The notes beneath the pieces were generated by a model that ran no database searches, was not told where the DNA came from, and worked only from the letters and a program-made list of their open reading frames with translations. 64,000 nucleotides of DNA from positions 17,513-81,512 of the forward strand of contig CAILTR010000050.1 of assembly GCA_903837175.1 (NCBI GenBank), given 5' to 3'. Source of the DNA: an uncultured bacterium (lineage in GTDB: Bacteria; Patescibacteriota; Minisyncoccia; Moranbacterales; GWC2-37-73). The translations under genes and the position numbers were made by a program. Numbering within the stretch: the first letter of the stretch is position 1; the number at the start of each line of letters is the position of its first letter. This document shows positions 28,408-37,997 of this stretch, one piece after another.

Positions 28408-28773
28408 TTAAAAACGAGCGCCACTGTCAACGACCAGTTTCTTTTTAAGGGATAAAGCTCCGCGTTTTCGAATAGTTCGAACTTTATCTTTTTGGTGCAT
28501 AATTTGGTCTTCAAGCTCAGCTACGGTTAAATCAATTGAGGTTTCAATACTTTCCGAAGTATTTTCACTACGAAAAAGATTACGTGGAGTTTTAATCATA
28601 ACTTCGACGCGAAATTTCCCTTTTTTATCTAAATCGATTTCAACCTCAGTCAAAATAACTTCTTCCGTAAACTTCTTATCCAAACCAGTCAAACGCTTTT
28701 CAATATAATCCCGCGTCTTTTGCTCAACCGCAATCCCCTTAAATAAAAATCTCAGATTTTCTGTGGTACTCAT
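28408..28773 (-). CDS. hpf: Ribosome hibernation promoting factor / RaiA (S30EA family).
   Basis: 121 aa with the typical beta-alpha-beta-beta-beta-alpha fold sequence. Confidence 0.8.
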   Translation of the reverse strand: MSTTENLRFLFKGIAVEQKTRDYIEKRLTGLDKKFTEEVILTEVEIDLDKKGKFRVEVMIKTPRNLFRSENTSESIETSIDLTVAELEDQIMHQKDKVRTIRKRGALSLKKKLVVDSGARF

Positions 28774-28888
28774 AAGTTTATTTTTATTAAAATATTATTA
28801 TTTAAAACTCTCATTTACTTCACAATTTTCCTGCCTACCAGCAAGCAAGCATTTAATCATTGAGATTTTATTGATCATTGATTATTGT

Positions 28889-29821
28889 CTAGAAGCCTAG
28901 ATAGTTTACTTCCTCCACTAATTGAACGCCGAATTGATCCCGGACTTGTTGCTTTATAAAGCTTACTAGCATTATAACATTTTCTGCCGTACCACTGCCA
29001 GTGTTAATAATATAGTTAGTGTGATTTTCGCTGACTTGCGCTCCGCCCATTGTTTTTCCCTTCAGCCCAGCCTGCTCAATAATCCACCCAGCTGGCACCA
29101 CGCCATTGCGAGCAGTGACCCCTTTTTCCTGTTCAAAATCCTTTAATATTTTTTCGTCTTCAATTTTAGGATTCATAAAATATGACCCCGCACTTTTAGC
29201 TCCCTGCAAACCTTTTTTAGTGCGTCCCATCACAATTTCCATTACTTTGGCCTTACACTGCGCAACCTCAGCAGTTTCCAAGTTTAAAGTCGCTGAAACC
29301 ACAATTAACTTTTTATCTTTTTTAAAAATACTTAAGCGATAAGAAAAGTCACTACTTGCTTGCTTAAACTTTTCTATTTCCAAGGTTTCCACGTTAAGTG
29401 CGGTTACCTCTAAGATGTGACTACCGATTTCAGTGCCAAATGCTCCCGCATTACCCCTGACCGCGCCACCAAAAGTACCCGGCACACCAGCCAACGATTC
29501 AATTCCCGTAAAGCCATTTTCAGCTGAAAAATTTACAACTTTAATCAAAGGCGTTCCCGCGCTGGCTTCCACTAAGCCGTCCGCATTGACTTTAATTTCA
29601 CTAAATTTAATCCGAATAATTAATCCCGCAAAACCATTGTCACTTATTAAAAGATTTGTCCCTCCCGCCAAAACGTAATAATCAAGGTTCTTTTCCTTCG
29701 CATAACTCAACGCTTCTTTCAGCTCTTCCACAGATTTTACCTCCACATAAAATTTCGCCGGACCCCCGATGCGAAAAGAAGTCATTGGCGCCAGCGGCAC
29801 ATTTTCCTGAATATTTAGCAT
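28889..29821 (-). CDS. murB: UDP-N-acetylenolpyruvoylglucosamine reductase.
   Basis: FAD-binding N-terminus (TSFRIGGPA) and a MurB C-terminal domain. Confidence 0.9.
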   Translation of the reverse strand: MLNIQENVPLAPMTSFRIGGPAKFYVEVKSVEELKEALSYAKEKNLDYYVLAGGTNLLISDNGFAGLIIRIKFSEIKVNADGLVEASAGTPLIKVVNFSAENGFTGIESLAGVPGTFGGAVRGNAGAFGTEIGSHILEVTALNVETLEIEKFKQASSDFSYRLSIFKKDKKLIVVSATLNLETAEVAQCKAKVMEIVMGRTKKGLQGAKSAGSYFMNPKIEDEKILKDFEQEKGVTARNGVVPAGWIIEQAGLKGKTMGGAQVSENHTNYIINTGSGTAENVIMLVSFIKQQVRDQFGVQLVEEVNYLGF

Positions 29822-30033
29822 AGAATATTTCTTATTATTGAATTAAAGAATTACAGAAATTTTGAATTTCTAATTTTGAATTTTGAATCAATTTTTAATT
29901 TTTCAATATTTCAAACATTCAATCATTAGAATTTGATTCGAAATTCAAAATTCAGAATTCGAAATTATTTGCAGTATTTGATTACTAGTTACTAACTACC
30001 GATTACTAGTTACTGATTACTAGTTACTAGTTA
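29822..30033. repeat. Low-complexity tandem repeat region: ttactagttac units plus aattttgaatt/aattcaaaatt inverted motifs.
   Basis: Read directly from the sequence. Confidence 0.8.
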
Positions 30034-32772
30034 CTAGTTACCGTTTACTTTTTTATTCCCTTCCGACTTTCGCGCTTCTTCAAAAATAAAGACCGCCAAC
30101 GTTGTCACCGCCACCGCCACCCAATCTTGCCAACCAATTGGTGACATGTGCAGATATTTACTAATAAATGGCACGTAAATAAAGCAAAGCAAGATTCCAA
30201 TTGAGACAACAATAGCACCCAAGGCATAAAGATTTTTAAAGAAACCAATCGCAAAAACTGAAAGTCGTTCACTTCGCGCTTGGAGCAAATTAGCCATCTG
30301 CGTCATCGAAAGCACGACGTAAGTCGCCGTAGTTGATCTCAGATATAGTACGCTTGTAGGGTCAATTTTATTGCCAAAATCCCAGCCGCCTCGCTTCATT
30401 GATAAAATAAAAGCGATAACACCGCCTACTGCCATTAGGAGTCCCACCCGAATAAGCCGAAAAATACCATCTTTGTCAATAACTTTTTCTTTTGATTTAA
30501 AAGGTTTTCGCTCCATCACATCCGGCTCTGATGGCTCTAAACTAAGCGAAAAAGAGGGGAAAATATCCGTCCCAAGGTCAATCGCTAAAATTTGAACGGC
30601 GGCAATCGGCGCTGGAATTCCAAGTAAAACCCCAATTGCCACCGTGAAAAATTCGCTGACATTTGAAGTAAAGACGTAATAAACAAATTTTCTTAAATTT
30701 TGATAAATCGTGCGACCTTCTTTAATTGCCTCGACTATCGAAGCAAAATTATCATTAAGCAAAATCATGTCTGAAGCATTCTTTGCCACATCCGTGCCAA
30801 TTTTACCCATCGCGATCCCAATATCAGCGCGCTTGAGGGCTGGCGCGTCATTAACTCCATCACCAGTCATCGCAATTACATAGCCACTTTTTTTCAGGGC
30901 CGTGGCAATTCGCAATTTTTGCTCAGGCGCAATGCGCGCAAAAATAACTTCTCTTTCTTTAATTTTTTCAATCAATTGCTTGTCAGACAAAGCATTCAGG
31001 GTCTTGCCATTAATCACTTCACTGTTTGAAGAAGTAAGCAAGCCCACATTTTTCGCAATAGCTTTGGCAGTTATCTCATAATCTCCCGTAATCATAATTA
31101 CTTTAATACTACTTTCGCCACATTGCGCAATGGCTTTGTGCACATCCAGCCTTGGCGGGTCTATCATCCCCATGGTGCCGACCCAAACTAAATCCCTTTC
31201 GGCCTCATTAGCATATTGTTCCTTAGGAACTTTTGATAGATCGCGTAGCGCAAAAGCCAGCACCCGCAAAGCTTGCGCTGACATGGCGTTAAAACTGCTT
31301 CGAGCTCTTTGTTTATCTTCCTGCGTGAATGGCAAAAGTTTTTCGCCAATTTGTTTTTGGGTACATAAATCAATCAACACATCTGGCGAACCTTTCACAA
31401 AAGAAGTCACGCTTGAATTTTCCTTATTCTGATAAATCACACTCATTCTCATTCTTTCTGAAGAAAAAGGGTTTTCATCAATTTTTTCTTGATCAGCATG
31501 AAAAAAAGCCAAATTCTTTTCAAACTTTTTCGCCACCACCAACAGCGCACCTTCTGTTGGGTCGCCTGAGATAGTGCACAGCTCCTCTTTTTCACTAACA
31601 TCAGCATCATTACAAAGAACGCCAATTTGTAGAAGTTTTTTTAATTGTATATTTAAAGTTGGCTCAATTTTCCGCCCGAAAGAAAAAAAGTTACCCTTAG
31701 CTGAATAGCCCTCCCCATCAACCGTCAGCTCCTCTTCGCCACACAAAATGTTTGTCACCATCAGCTCATTACGAGTAATCGTACCGGTTTTATCCGTACA
31801 AATGATATCCACTGAAGCTAGCGTCTCGACAGAATTTAATTTTTTAGCCAAGACGTTTTTCTTCAGCAACCGCTTCATCCCCAAGGAAAGCGCCACTGAA
31901 ATTGCCGCTGGCAGTCCCTCTGGCACGACGGAAACTGAAAGGGCCAAGGCAAACAAAAAGTTATCGTACAAAGAAGTCTTTGAATAAAAACCAGCAATTA
32001 AAACTAAGGCGCCAATTGTCAGCGCTGCGATGGTTACGTCTTTACCAAGAATCCGCATCTGTTTTTGCAAGGGCGTGTCTTCCTCTTTAACCTCAGCTAC
32101 TAAATTAGCGATATTTCCTAGTTGCGTTTGCATCCCGGTCTGCGTTACAACCGCCACCGCAGTTCCTCGCGTGAGCGAGGTACCCATAAAAACCATATTA
32201 TCAATATCTACCAAAGACAGTCCCTCTTGCGCAATTGGGCCTACCATTTTTCTCCCCGGGCGCGATTCACCGGTAAAAATAAATTCATTCGCATAAACAT
32301 CGTAGCCTTCGAGAAGGTAAGCGTCTCCAGCAACCGTATCGCCAGCTGCAATAAAAATAATATCGCCGACCGCTAAAAACTTAGCGTCAATTTCTTGGCG
32401 CTGCCCATCACGCAAAACTATTGCTTTGTCGCTGGCTAGCTGACGAATATTTTCCAAGGTTTTTTCCGCTTTATACTCTTGAAAAAATCCAATTAGGGCG
32501 TTAATCCCAACAATCAACAGAATAATTGTCGTATCGCGATATTCCCCAAAAAGAAACGCCAGGCCCCCCGCCACCAATAAAATCCAAACTAAGGCGTCAT
32601 TAAACTGGCCAATTAAAATCGAAAACCAACTCCAATTTTGTTTTTTTTCGACCTCATTAAATCCAGCCTGCTTGAGCCGCTCCTCGGCCTCTTGCGTTGT
32701 CAAACCCTTGATGGTCGAATTAGTTTTTTTAAAAACTTCCTCTTTCGTTAGGCTATATGTTTGTTTTTGCAT
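30034..32772 (-). CDS. P-type cation-transporting ATPase (P2-type, Ca2+/Mg2+-like).
   Basis: DKTGTIT phosphorylation motif, TGDGVNDAPAL hinge, TGES, and 8-10 TM helices. 912 aa. Confidence 0.9.
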   Translation of the reverse strand: MQKQTYSLTKEEVFKKTNSTIKGLTTQEAEERLKQAGFNEVEKKQNWSWFSILIGQFNDALVWILLVAGGLAFLFGEYRDTTIILLIVGINALIGFFQEYKAEKTLENIRQLASDKAIVLRDGQRQEIDAKFLAVGDIIFIAAGDTVAGDAYLLEGYDVYANEFIFTGESRPGRKMVGPIAQEGLSLVDIDNMVFMGTSLTRGTAVAVVTQTGMQTQLGNIANLVAEVKEEDTPLQKQMRILGKDVTIAALTIGALVLIAGFYSKTSLYDNFLFALALSVSVVPEGLPAAISVALSLGMKRLLKKNVLAKKLNSVETLASVDIICTDKTGTITRNELMVTNILCGEEELTVDGEGYSAKGNFFSFGRKIEPTLNIQLKKLLQIGVLCNDADVSEKEELCTISGDPTEGALLVVAKKFEKNLAFFHADQEKIDENPFSSERMRMSVIYQNKENSSVTSFVKGSPDVLIDLCTQKQIGEKLLPFTQEDKQRARSSFNAMSAQALRVLAFALRDLSKVPKEQYANEAERDLVWVGTMGMIDPPRLDVHKAIAQCGESSIKVIMITGDYEITAKAIAKNVGLLTSSNSEVINGKTLNALSDKQLIEKIKEREVIFARIAPEQKLRIATALKKSGYVIAMTGDGVNDAPALKRADIGIAMGKIGTDVAKNASDMILLNDNFASIVEAIKEGRTIYQNLRKFVYYVFTSNVSEFFTVAIGVLLGIPAPIAAVQILAIDLGTDIFPSFSLSLEPSEPDVMERKPFKSKEKVIDKDGIFRLIRVGLLMAVGGVIAFILSMKRGGWDFGNKIDPTSVLYLRSTTATYVVLSMTQMANLLQARSERLSVFAIGFFKNLYALGAIVVSIGILLCFIYVPFISKYLHMSPIGWQDWVAVAVTTLAVFIFEEARKSEGNKKVNGN

Positions 32773-32792
32773 TTTTAATTTATATCATTATA

Positions 32793-34634
32793 TTAATATA
32801 CCATATTTATATATCCCATAATCTGTCCACGCTCTTTGCTTTTTTCTCCTTCTTGATTTTCTGCAAATGTTTTTTCCAAATAGTTTTCAATGACCGCCAC
32901 ACATTCAGTTTTTGTTTTGCCGATACTTTTCAAAAATTGAAATTGCTTTTCAAAAGCTTTCTGTTCCATTTCAGAATTTGCATATTCCCCAGTCTGATAA
33001 TATTTTTCCATATATTCATCAAGATTCTCACCCAATCCATTATAAAAATCAATATGCCCAATTTCATGGATAAGCCATGAAATATCTCCGTCAGTAATAT
33101 CCTGACGATCAAAAATTTCTTTTTTCAAAATTATTGTTTTTGGGTTGTGTGACGATTTTGAATCATTTGAACCATACACACTTTTCCATTTTTCTTCGTC
33201 ATCAATAACCACGATTTCCAAGCCTGCAAATTTGCTGGCAAAATCAAAATCTTTAATCCTGTCCCAACACTGCAATTGTGACATATTTTTAAATTCTATG
33301 TTTTTGAAATTCTCTTTTTCAAACTCTTCTCGCATTTCCATCCTGTCAGAAAAATTTCTCAACTTACCAATAAATCCCTGAAGAGCCTCGTGGTCATCGC
33401 CCCACTTATTTTCCGCATCATTTTGCCAACCACCATAGTCGAGCAACTTAATATCCAAATTATTAGCATCATCAAAACCCACTAGCACATTTTCGCCTAA
33501 AATATCAAGCACGAACTGATGCCTGGCGTATAAATTCTCAATCCCAGACAAAAATCTTTCGAATTTTTCCCTGTTTTCTTTTTTTTCAAAAATTTTACTG
33601 AATTCCTCATTTTCAATAAGTTCGTCAACCGTTCCATTTTTCAATAATTTTGATTTGTCAAAATCCTGCTTTTCCTGCAAAACGTAAACTTTTCCATCAG
33701 CTTGAGATTTCAAAACAGCCTGTCTTGGTAAAAATTCCTCGCCAAAAGCTTCTTTGAAAATTGAGTAACTAAAAAAAGATTGCTCTTGTTTTTTTTCATC
33801 AACTTCATCATCCATTTTCCGCATAGTTTTTAAAACGTATGAACTTTTTTCAGACACTAGCACATTTGAAAAATTTCCTTGCACTATCCTACTTTCCTGA
33901 TCAGTCAGCATATCTCTGATAATGTTCTTTATCTTCTCAACTCCCAAACCGACAAGTTCCAGATCACTGAGATCTTCAAGATCAACAGACTGACCAAGAA
34001 CATTCTTCTCTTCAGCTTTTCCGAAATCAACAGTTGAGTCAGTCAACATTTCCGCATACTGCGAATTTGCCAGTTCCATTCGAAGTAATTTTCCAAACGT
34101 AGTTTTTAAATCCTTGCCTCCTTTTTCCCATAAAATATCCCAACTTTCTTCATTAATCTCAATTTTCTGACGATTTGCATGACGATCTAAATCTAAAATA
34201 TCAGAAGAAGTTATTATTTTTTTTAATTCAGCAATATTAACCTCTAATTGCAGTTCTCTAATTTTTTCCAAAAAATCATCGACAAGTATATCTTTTTTAA
34301 GTTGCGCTCTTTCGGCTCTTAGCTCATCAAATCTCTTACGCTCACTTGCTGTACGTGCCGCTAGCTCTTCATAAATTAGATTTCTAGTGCTTTCAGTAAT
34401 CTTAATTCCAATTCTATCCATTGCCGCCAATTCTTCACTAAGCGCCGACTCTTGCCTATTAGCAATTTCTTTTAAAGTTGGATCGCCACTAACATTAAAG
34501 GTAGCTAATTGATTTTCGAGCTCCCTTAATCTATCCGCTCTTTTTTCCGCCAGACTTTTTTCAGGTGCAATAGCACCTTGAGATTTATCCGGACTATTTT
34601 CCAAGTTATTCTTTTCTAGTTGTTCTTGGCTCAT
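32793..34634 (-). CDS. Large hypothetical cytoplasmic protein (613 aa) with an N-terminal coiled coil and a C-terminal HExxH (WLIHEIGH) zincin-like motif.
   Basis: Intact long ORF on the gene strand. HEIGH followed by a downstream E-rich segment. No TM helix or signal peptide. Confidence 0.6.
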   Translation of the reverse strand: MSQEQLEKNNLENSPDKSQGAIAPEKSLAEKRADRLRELENQLATFNVSGDPTLKEIANRQESALSEELAAMDRIGIKITESTRNLIYEELAARTASERKRFDELRAERAQLKKDILVDDFLEKIRELQLEVNIAELKKIITSSDILDLDRHANRQKIEINEESWDILWEKGGKDLKTTFGKLLRMELANSQYAEMLTDSTVDFGKAEEKNVLGQSVDLEDLSDLELVGLGVEKIKNIIRDMLTDQESRIVQGNFSNVLVSEKSSYVLKTMRKMDDEVDEKKQEQSFFSYSIFKEAFGEEFLPRQAVLKSQADGKVYVLQEKQDFDKSKLLKNGTVDELIENEEFSKIFEKKENREKFERFLSGIENLYARHQFVLDILGENVLVGFDDANNLDIKLLDYGGWQNDAENKWGDDHEALQGFIGKLRNFSDRMEMREEFEKENFKNIEFKNMSQLQCWDRIKDFDFASKFAGLEIVVIDDEEKWKSVYGSNDSKSSHNPKTIILKKEIFDRQDITDGDISWLIHEIGHIDFYNGLGENLDEYMEKYYQTGEYANSEMEQKAFEKQFQFLKSIGKTKTECVAVIENYLEKTFAENQEGEKSKERGQIMGYINMVY

Positions 34635-34725
34635 TTTATTTTTTTAATAGTTGAATGCGGAACTTTATTTCGAGGCTTTTAGTGAGCAAATCCACCTTTG
34701 TCTATAGTCCACTCCAAATAAAGCT

Positions 34726-36285
34726 TTACCGTTCAAACCTATATATTAATATATTGGCGTATTGGTCAACTAGCACCAAGCCTTGGGTAGAAAAATATTG
34801 GTTATCTCGATTGAGGGCCTTATTGGAAATAATGAGCGCCTTAGGATCATTTTTAAGATCCTCATAATTTTCCGTGCGTTCCAGGCCCTGACCAATAGCA
34901 GCCCAATACGCTGGACTGTATCCAGGCCAATCGTAATTAAATAAAGTTAGGCGATCGGCCCCGAAATAATATTTCGTAATCACGTAATCAAAAGCGTTAA
35001 GAATATAAAAATGATTGTTTTTATATTTATCTAAATGCAAAACCATCTCGTTATACCCCTGCGAATTCTTCAGCGGAATTATCAAAGAAGACAGGCCGAG
35101 ATAAATTACGAAAACGATAGCCACTACAAAACCACGCAAGCGCGAAAGCCAAAGTCCAATGAAAATAAAAATGAAATACGCTGCGGGTAGCAAGTAACGC
35201 GCCACAAAATATTGCTGATCAGGTAGGGTGGCCGAAAGCACATAAATAATAAACATAAAACCCGTCGAAAAGATTAGAAGGCTAATTACCTTTTCTTTTT
35301 TTTCTTTACGCAGCAGATAGACAATCCCAATTCCAAAAAGCATCGCGATTGCCATGCGAATAGAGAGATGGGAAATTCCTCGCAGTTCGTTTGGTTGTGG
35401 CATGCCCGACGACATTTCACCCAGGGGAGTTCCAAACAAAAACATCTGAAGATTTACCACGATATCTCCGAAATTTGCAGTTTTAACCCAACTCAAATTA
35501 CTCCCCTTCATTGAAACATGATAGATAAACATCTTCAGCCATGGCAAAAAAACTAAAAAAGCCACCCCATATCCCAGTAAAATTTCTTTGGTCGGCAAAA
35601 CTTTTTTCAGCAACAGTTTTATTTTTCCCAAAACTCCGCCACCTTGCGACCAATCAATTTCGCTTACTCGCCAAGTCACAAAAACCAATGCATAAACCGC
35701 TGAAAAAATGATCCCCATATAATGCGTAAGCATTGAAAGCCCCGTAAAAAGTCCCCAGAGCAAAAAATATTTTTTCACGCCTGCTTGCAAACCTTTCACG
35801 AAAAAATAAGCACCAATCAAAATAAAGAACACCAGCATCATATACATCCTAGCTTCTTGGGAATATTGAATGGCAAAAGGCGAAATTGTCGCCACCAGCG
35901 ATGCATAAAGAGCAACTTTTTTACTAAACAATTCTTTAGCCAGCAAATACAGCGCCCAGATTGCCAGCACCCCAAAGATTGCTGAAAAAAGTCGGATCCC
36001 AAAAACGCTATAGTCAAAGAAAAATGCAAAACCCTTCAGCGCCATATAATATAGTGGCGGATGCACATCATTAATCGTCATCATAATCATATCCCAAAAT
36101 TTTTCCTTCACCGCTACCCCCGTAAAAGCCTCATCATACCAAAAGTCTCTTCGCACCAAGCCCGTAAAACGATTTGCCACAGCTAAAGCCAAAATCAACC
36201 AGATGTAATGGCGATGATATTGAGTGTGTAGTTTTATTAATTCTTCCTTAAATTGCTTAAACATAGCAATATAACAATTTAACAA
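34726..36285 (-). CDS. Membrane glycosyltransferase, GT39/GT83-like (PMT / ArnT family).
   Basis: About 12 TM helices. N-terminal DE motif (WYDEAF) typical of GT-C enzymes. Confidence 0.7.
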   Translation of the reverse strand: MLNCYIAMFKQFKEELIKLHTQYHRHYIWLILALAVANRFTGLVRRDFWYDEAFTGVAVKEKFWDMIMMTINDVHPPLYYMALKGFAFFFDYSVFGIRLFSAIFGVLAIWALYLLAKELFSKKVALYASLVATISPFAIQYSQEARMYMMLVFFILIGAYFFVKGLQAGVKKYFLLWGLFTGLSMLTHYMGIIFSAVYALVFVTWRVSEIDWSQGGGVLGKIKLLLKKVLPTKEILLGYGVAFLVFLPWLKMFIYHVSMKGSNLSWVKTANFGDIVVNLQMFLFGTPLGEMSSGMPQPNELRGISHLSIRMAIAMLFGIGIVYLLRKEKKEKVISLLIFSTGFMFIIYVLSATLPDQQYFVARYLLPAAYFIFIFIGLWLSRLRGFVVAIVFVIYLGLSSLIIPLKNSQGYNEMVLHLDKYKNNHFYILNAFDYVITKYYFGADRLTLFNYDWPGYSPAYWAAIGQGLERTENYEDLKNDPKALIISNKALNRDNQYFSTQGLVLVDQYANILIYRFER

Positions 36286-37718
36286 TTTAACAATTTTTGA
36301 GCCACCCTCCAGACATCCCCCGCGCCCATCGTGATTAACACGTCAAATTCGCCATTGTGTTGCTTAAAATATGTAACCGCCTGCTCAATCGTTGGAATAT
36401 ATTCCGCTTTGCCAAATTGATATTTATTAATTAAATCAACTAATTCCTTTGAAGAAACTCCACCCTGCGCTTCGCGCGCGCTACCATAAATATCCAACAC
36501 AACCACCCTATCCGTATCATCAAAACTTTGGGCAAAATCTTGTAGTAAGGCCTTAGTACGAGTAAAAGTATGTGGATGAAAAACTGTCCAAACTTTTTTA
36601 TCGCCATAGCGAGCTCGGGCACCACTAAGTGTCGCTTTAATCTCATCCGGATGATGCGCATAATCGTCAATCAAGATCGCTTCTTTAAATTTTCCAACTT
36701 GTTCAAAACGTCTCGCAGCTCCTTTAAACTCGCGCAAAGCCATTTTAATTTTTTCTAAATCAAGCCCCATGCTATGGCAAATGGCAATCACTGCTGTACA
36801 ATTAAGCACATTATGCTTACCCGCCAGCGGTGTTTGAAAAACTCCCAAGCTTTTCTCTTTGCAAAAGATTTCAAAAAATTGTAAATTTGTCTGTTGCTTG
36901 TTGTCTATTGTATTTTGTATATTACTGTCTTTTGTATTTTGCTCCATGTTCCATGTTCCATGTTCTATGCCTACCCGATAGTCATTATCTTTTCCGAACC
37001 CATAACTCAAAACCTGACAAGTGGCCGATTTAGTTACTGCCAAAGTATCCACGCTATCACCCCAAACCACCAGAAATCCAACTTTAGGAATTTTAGCTAC
37101 AAAGTCCTTAAACACTTTTTTATAAGCGTCAAAATCAGGGAAAAAATCTGGATGATCCCAATCCACACTCGTTAAAATAGCCGACCACGGCTGATAAAAT
37201 TTTAATTTATTTTGATACTCATCCGATTCGGCTACGAAATAGTCTCCTTGGCCAGCAAGCGCGCTGCTATTCCAATCCAGGACGCAACTACCCACAATGG
37301 CCGATGGCTCAACCCCCGCTACCAATAAAGCTTGCGCCAAAATGGCTGAGGTTGTCGTTTTCCCGTGCGTCCCACAAACTGCAATCCCAAGTTTTTCAGC
37401 AAATAGCATTCCCAATAACTCTGGATAACTGATTAGTGGTAGCTTTTTTTCTTGGGCGGTTTTTAATTCAAGATTATTTTCTAGGCTGTACGCTGTCGAA
37501 AAAATTACCGCATCAAATTCATCTTTGATATGATCAGCCTCAAAAGTTTCAAAAAAAGCAATGCCAACTTTTTTTAAAATCGCATCCGTATAAAAAACTT
37601 CCTTCGTATCTGAGCCAGAAACTAAAATCCCGCGCGCATTCAGAATCTCCGCCACCGCCGTCATTCCCGCGCCCTTAATCCCAATTAAATATACTTTTTT
37701 GAAATCTTTAATATTCAT
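36279..37718 (-). CDS. murC: UDP-N-acetylmuramate--L-alanine ligase, carrying an in-frame microsatellite-derived insertion.
   Basis: GIKGAGMT and GTHGKTTT motifs. Insertion ...NMEQNTKDSNIQNTIDNKQQTN... is encoded by CATGGAA/TTGTCT repeats at 36889-36971. AGGTG Shine-Dalgarno sits 4 nt before the ATG. Confidence 0.88.
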   Translation of the reverse strand: MNIKDFKKVYLIGIKGAGMTAVAEILNARGILVSGSDTKEVFYTDAILKKVGIAFFETFEADHIKDEFDAVIFSTAYSLENNLELKTAQEKKLPLISYPELLGMLFAEKLGIAVCGTHGKTTTSAILAQALLVAGVEPSAIVGSCVLDWNSSALAGQGDYFVAESDEYQNKLKFYQPWSAILTSVDWDHPDFFPDFDAYKKVFKDFVAKIPKVGFLVVWGDSVDTLAVTKSATCQVLSYGFGKDNDYRVGIEHGTWNMEQNTKDSNIQNTIDNKQQTNLQFFEIFCKEKSLGVFQTPLAGKHNVLNCTAVIAICHSMGLDLEKIKMALREFKGAARRFEQVGKFKEAILIDDYAHHPDEIKATLSGARARYGDKKVWTVFHPHTFTRTKALLQDFAQSFDDTDRVVVLDIYGSAREAQGGVSSKELVDLINKYQFGKAEYIPTIEQAVTYFKQHNGEFDVLITMGAGDVWRVAQKLLNC

Positions 37719-37766
37719 ACACCTACGAAATTACAAAATTATTACAAAAATACAAACGGATTTACT

Positions 37767-37797
37767 TCCTCCTTTAGTAAAGGAGGATTGAGGAGGA
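37767..37797. promoter_or_regulatory. Hairpin tcctccttt-agt-aaaggagga followed by gaggagga, in the murC 5' region.
   Basis: Perfect 9-bp stem that pairs an SD-like AGGAGG with an anti-SD-like CCTCCTTT. Confidence 0.35.
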
Positions 37798-37997
37798 TTT
37801 GAAAAACTATCTTTGCAAATAAAATCTCTCAAATTCCTCCCGTGAATACTACTCTCGCTCGCATTCACCACTTTTCTAAAGGGAGAAGTTCTCATTTTTT
37901 GTCAATTTAACATCTCCAACTTGTTTATCCGCCTTTAAATGAAATTGTGTTGCTCCTTTTAGAAAACCTAAAAAGCTAAAGCCTAATAAGCTAATTT

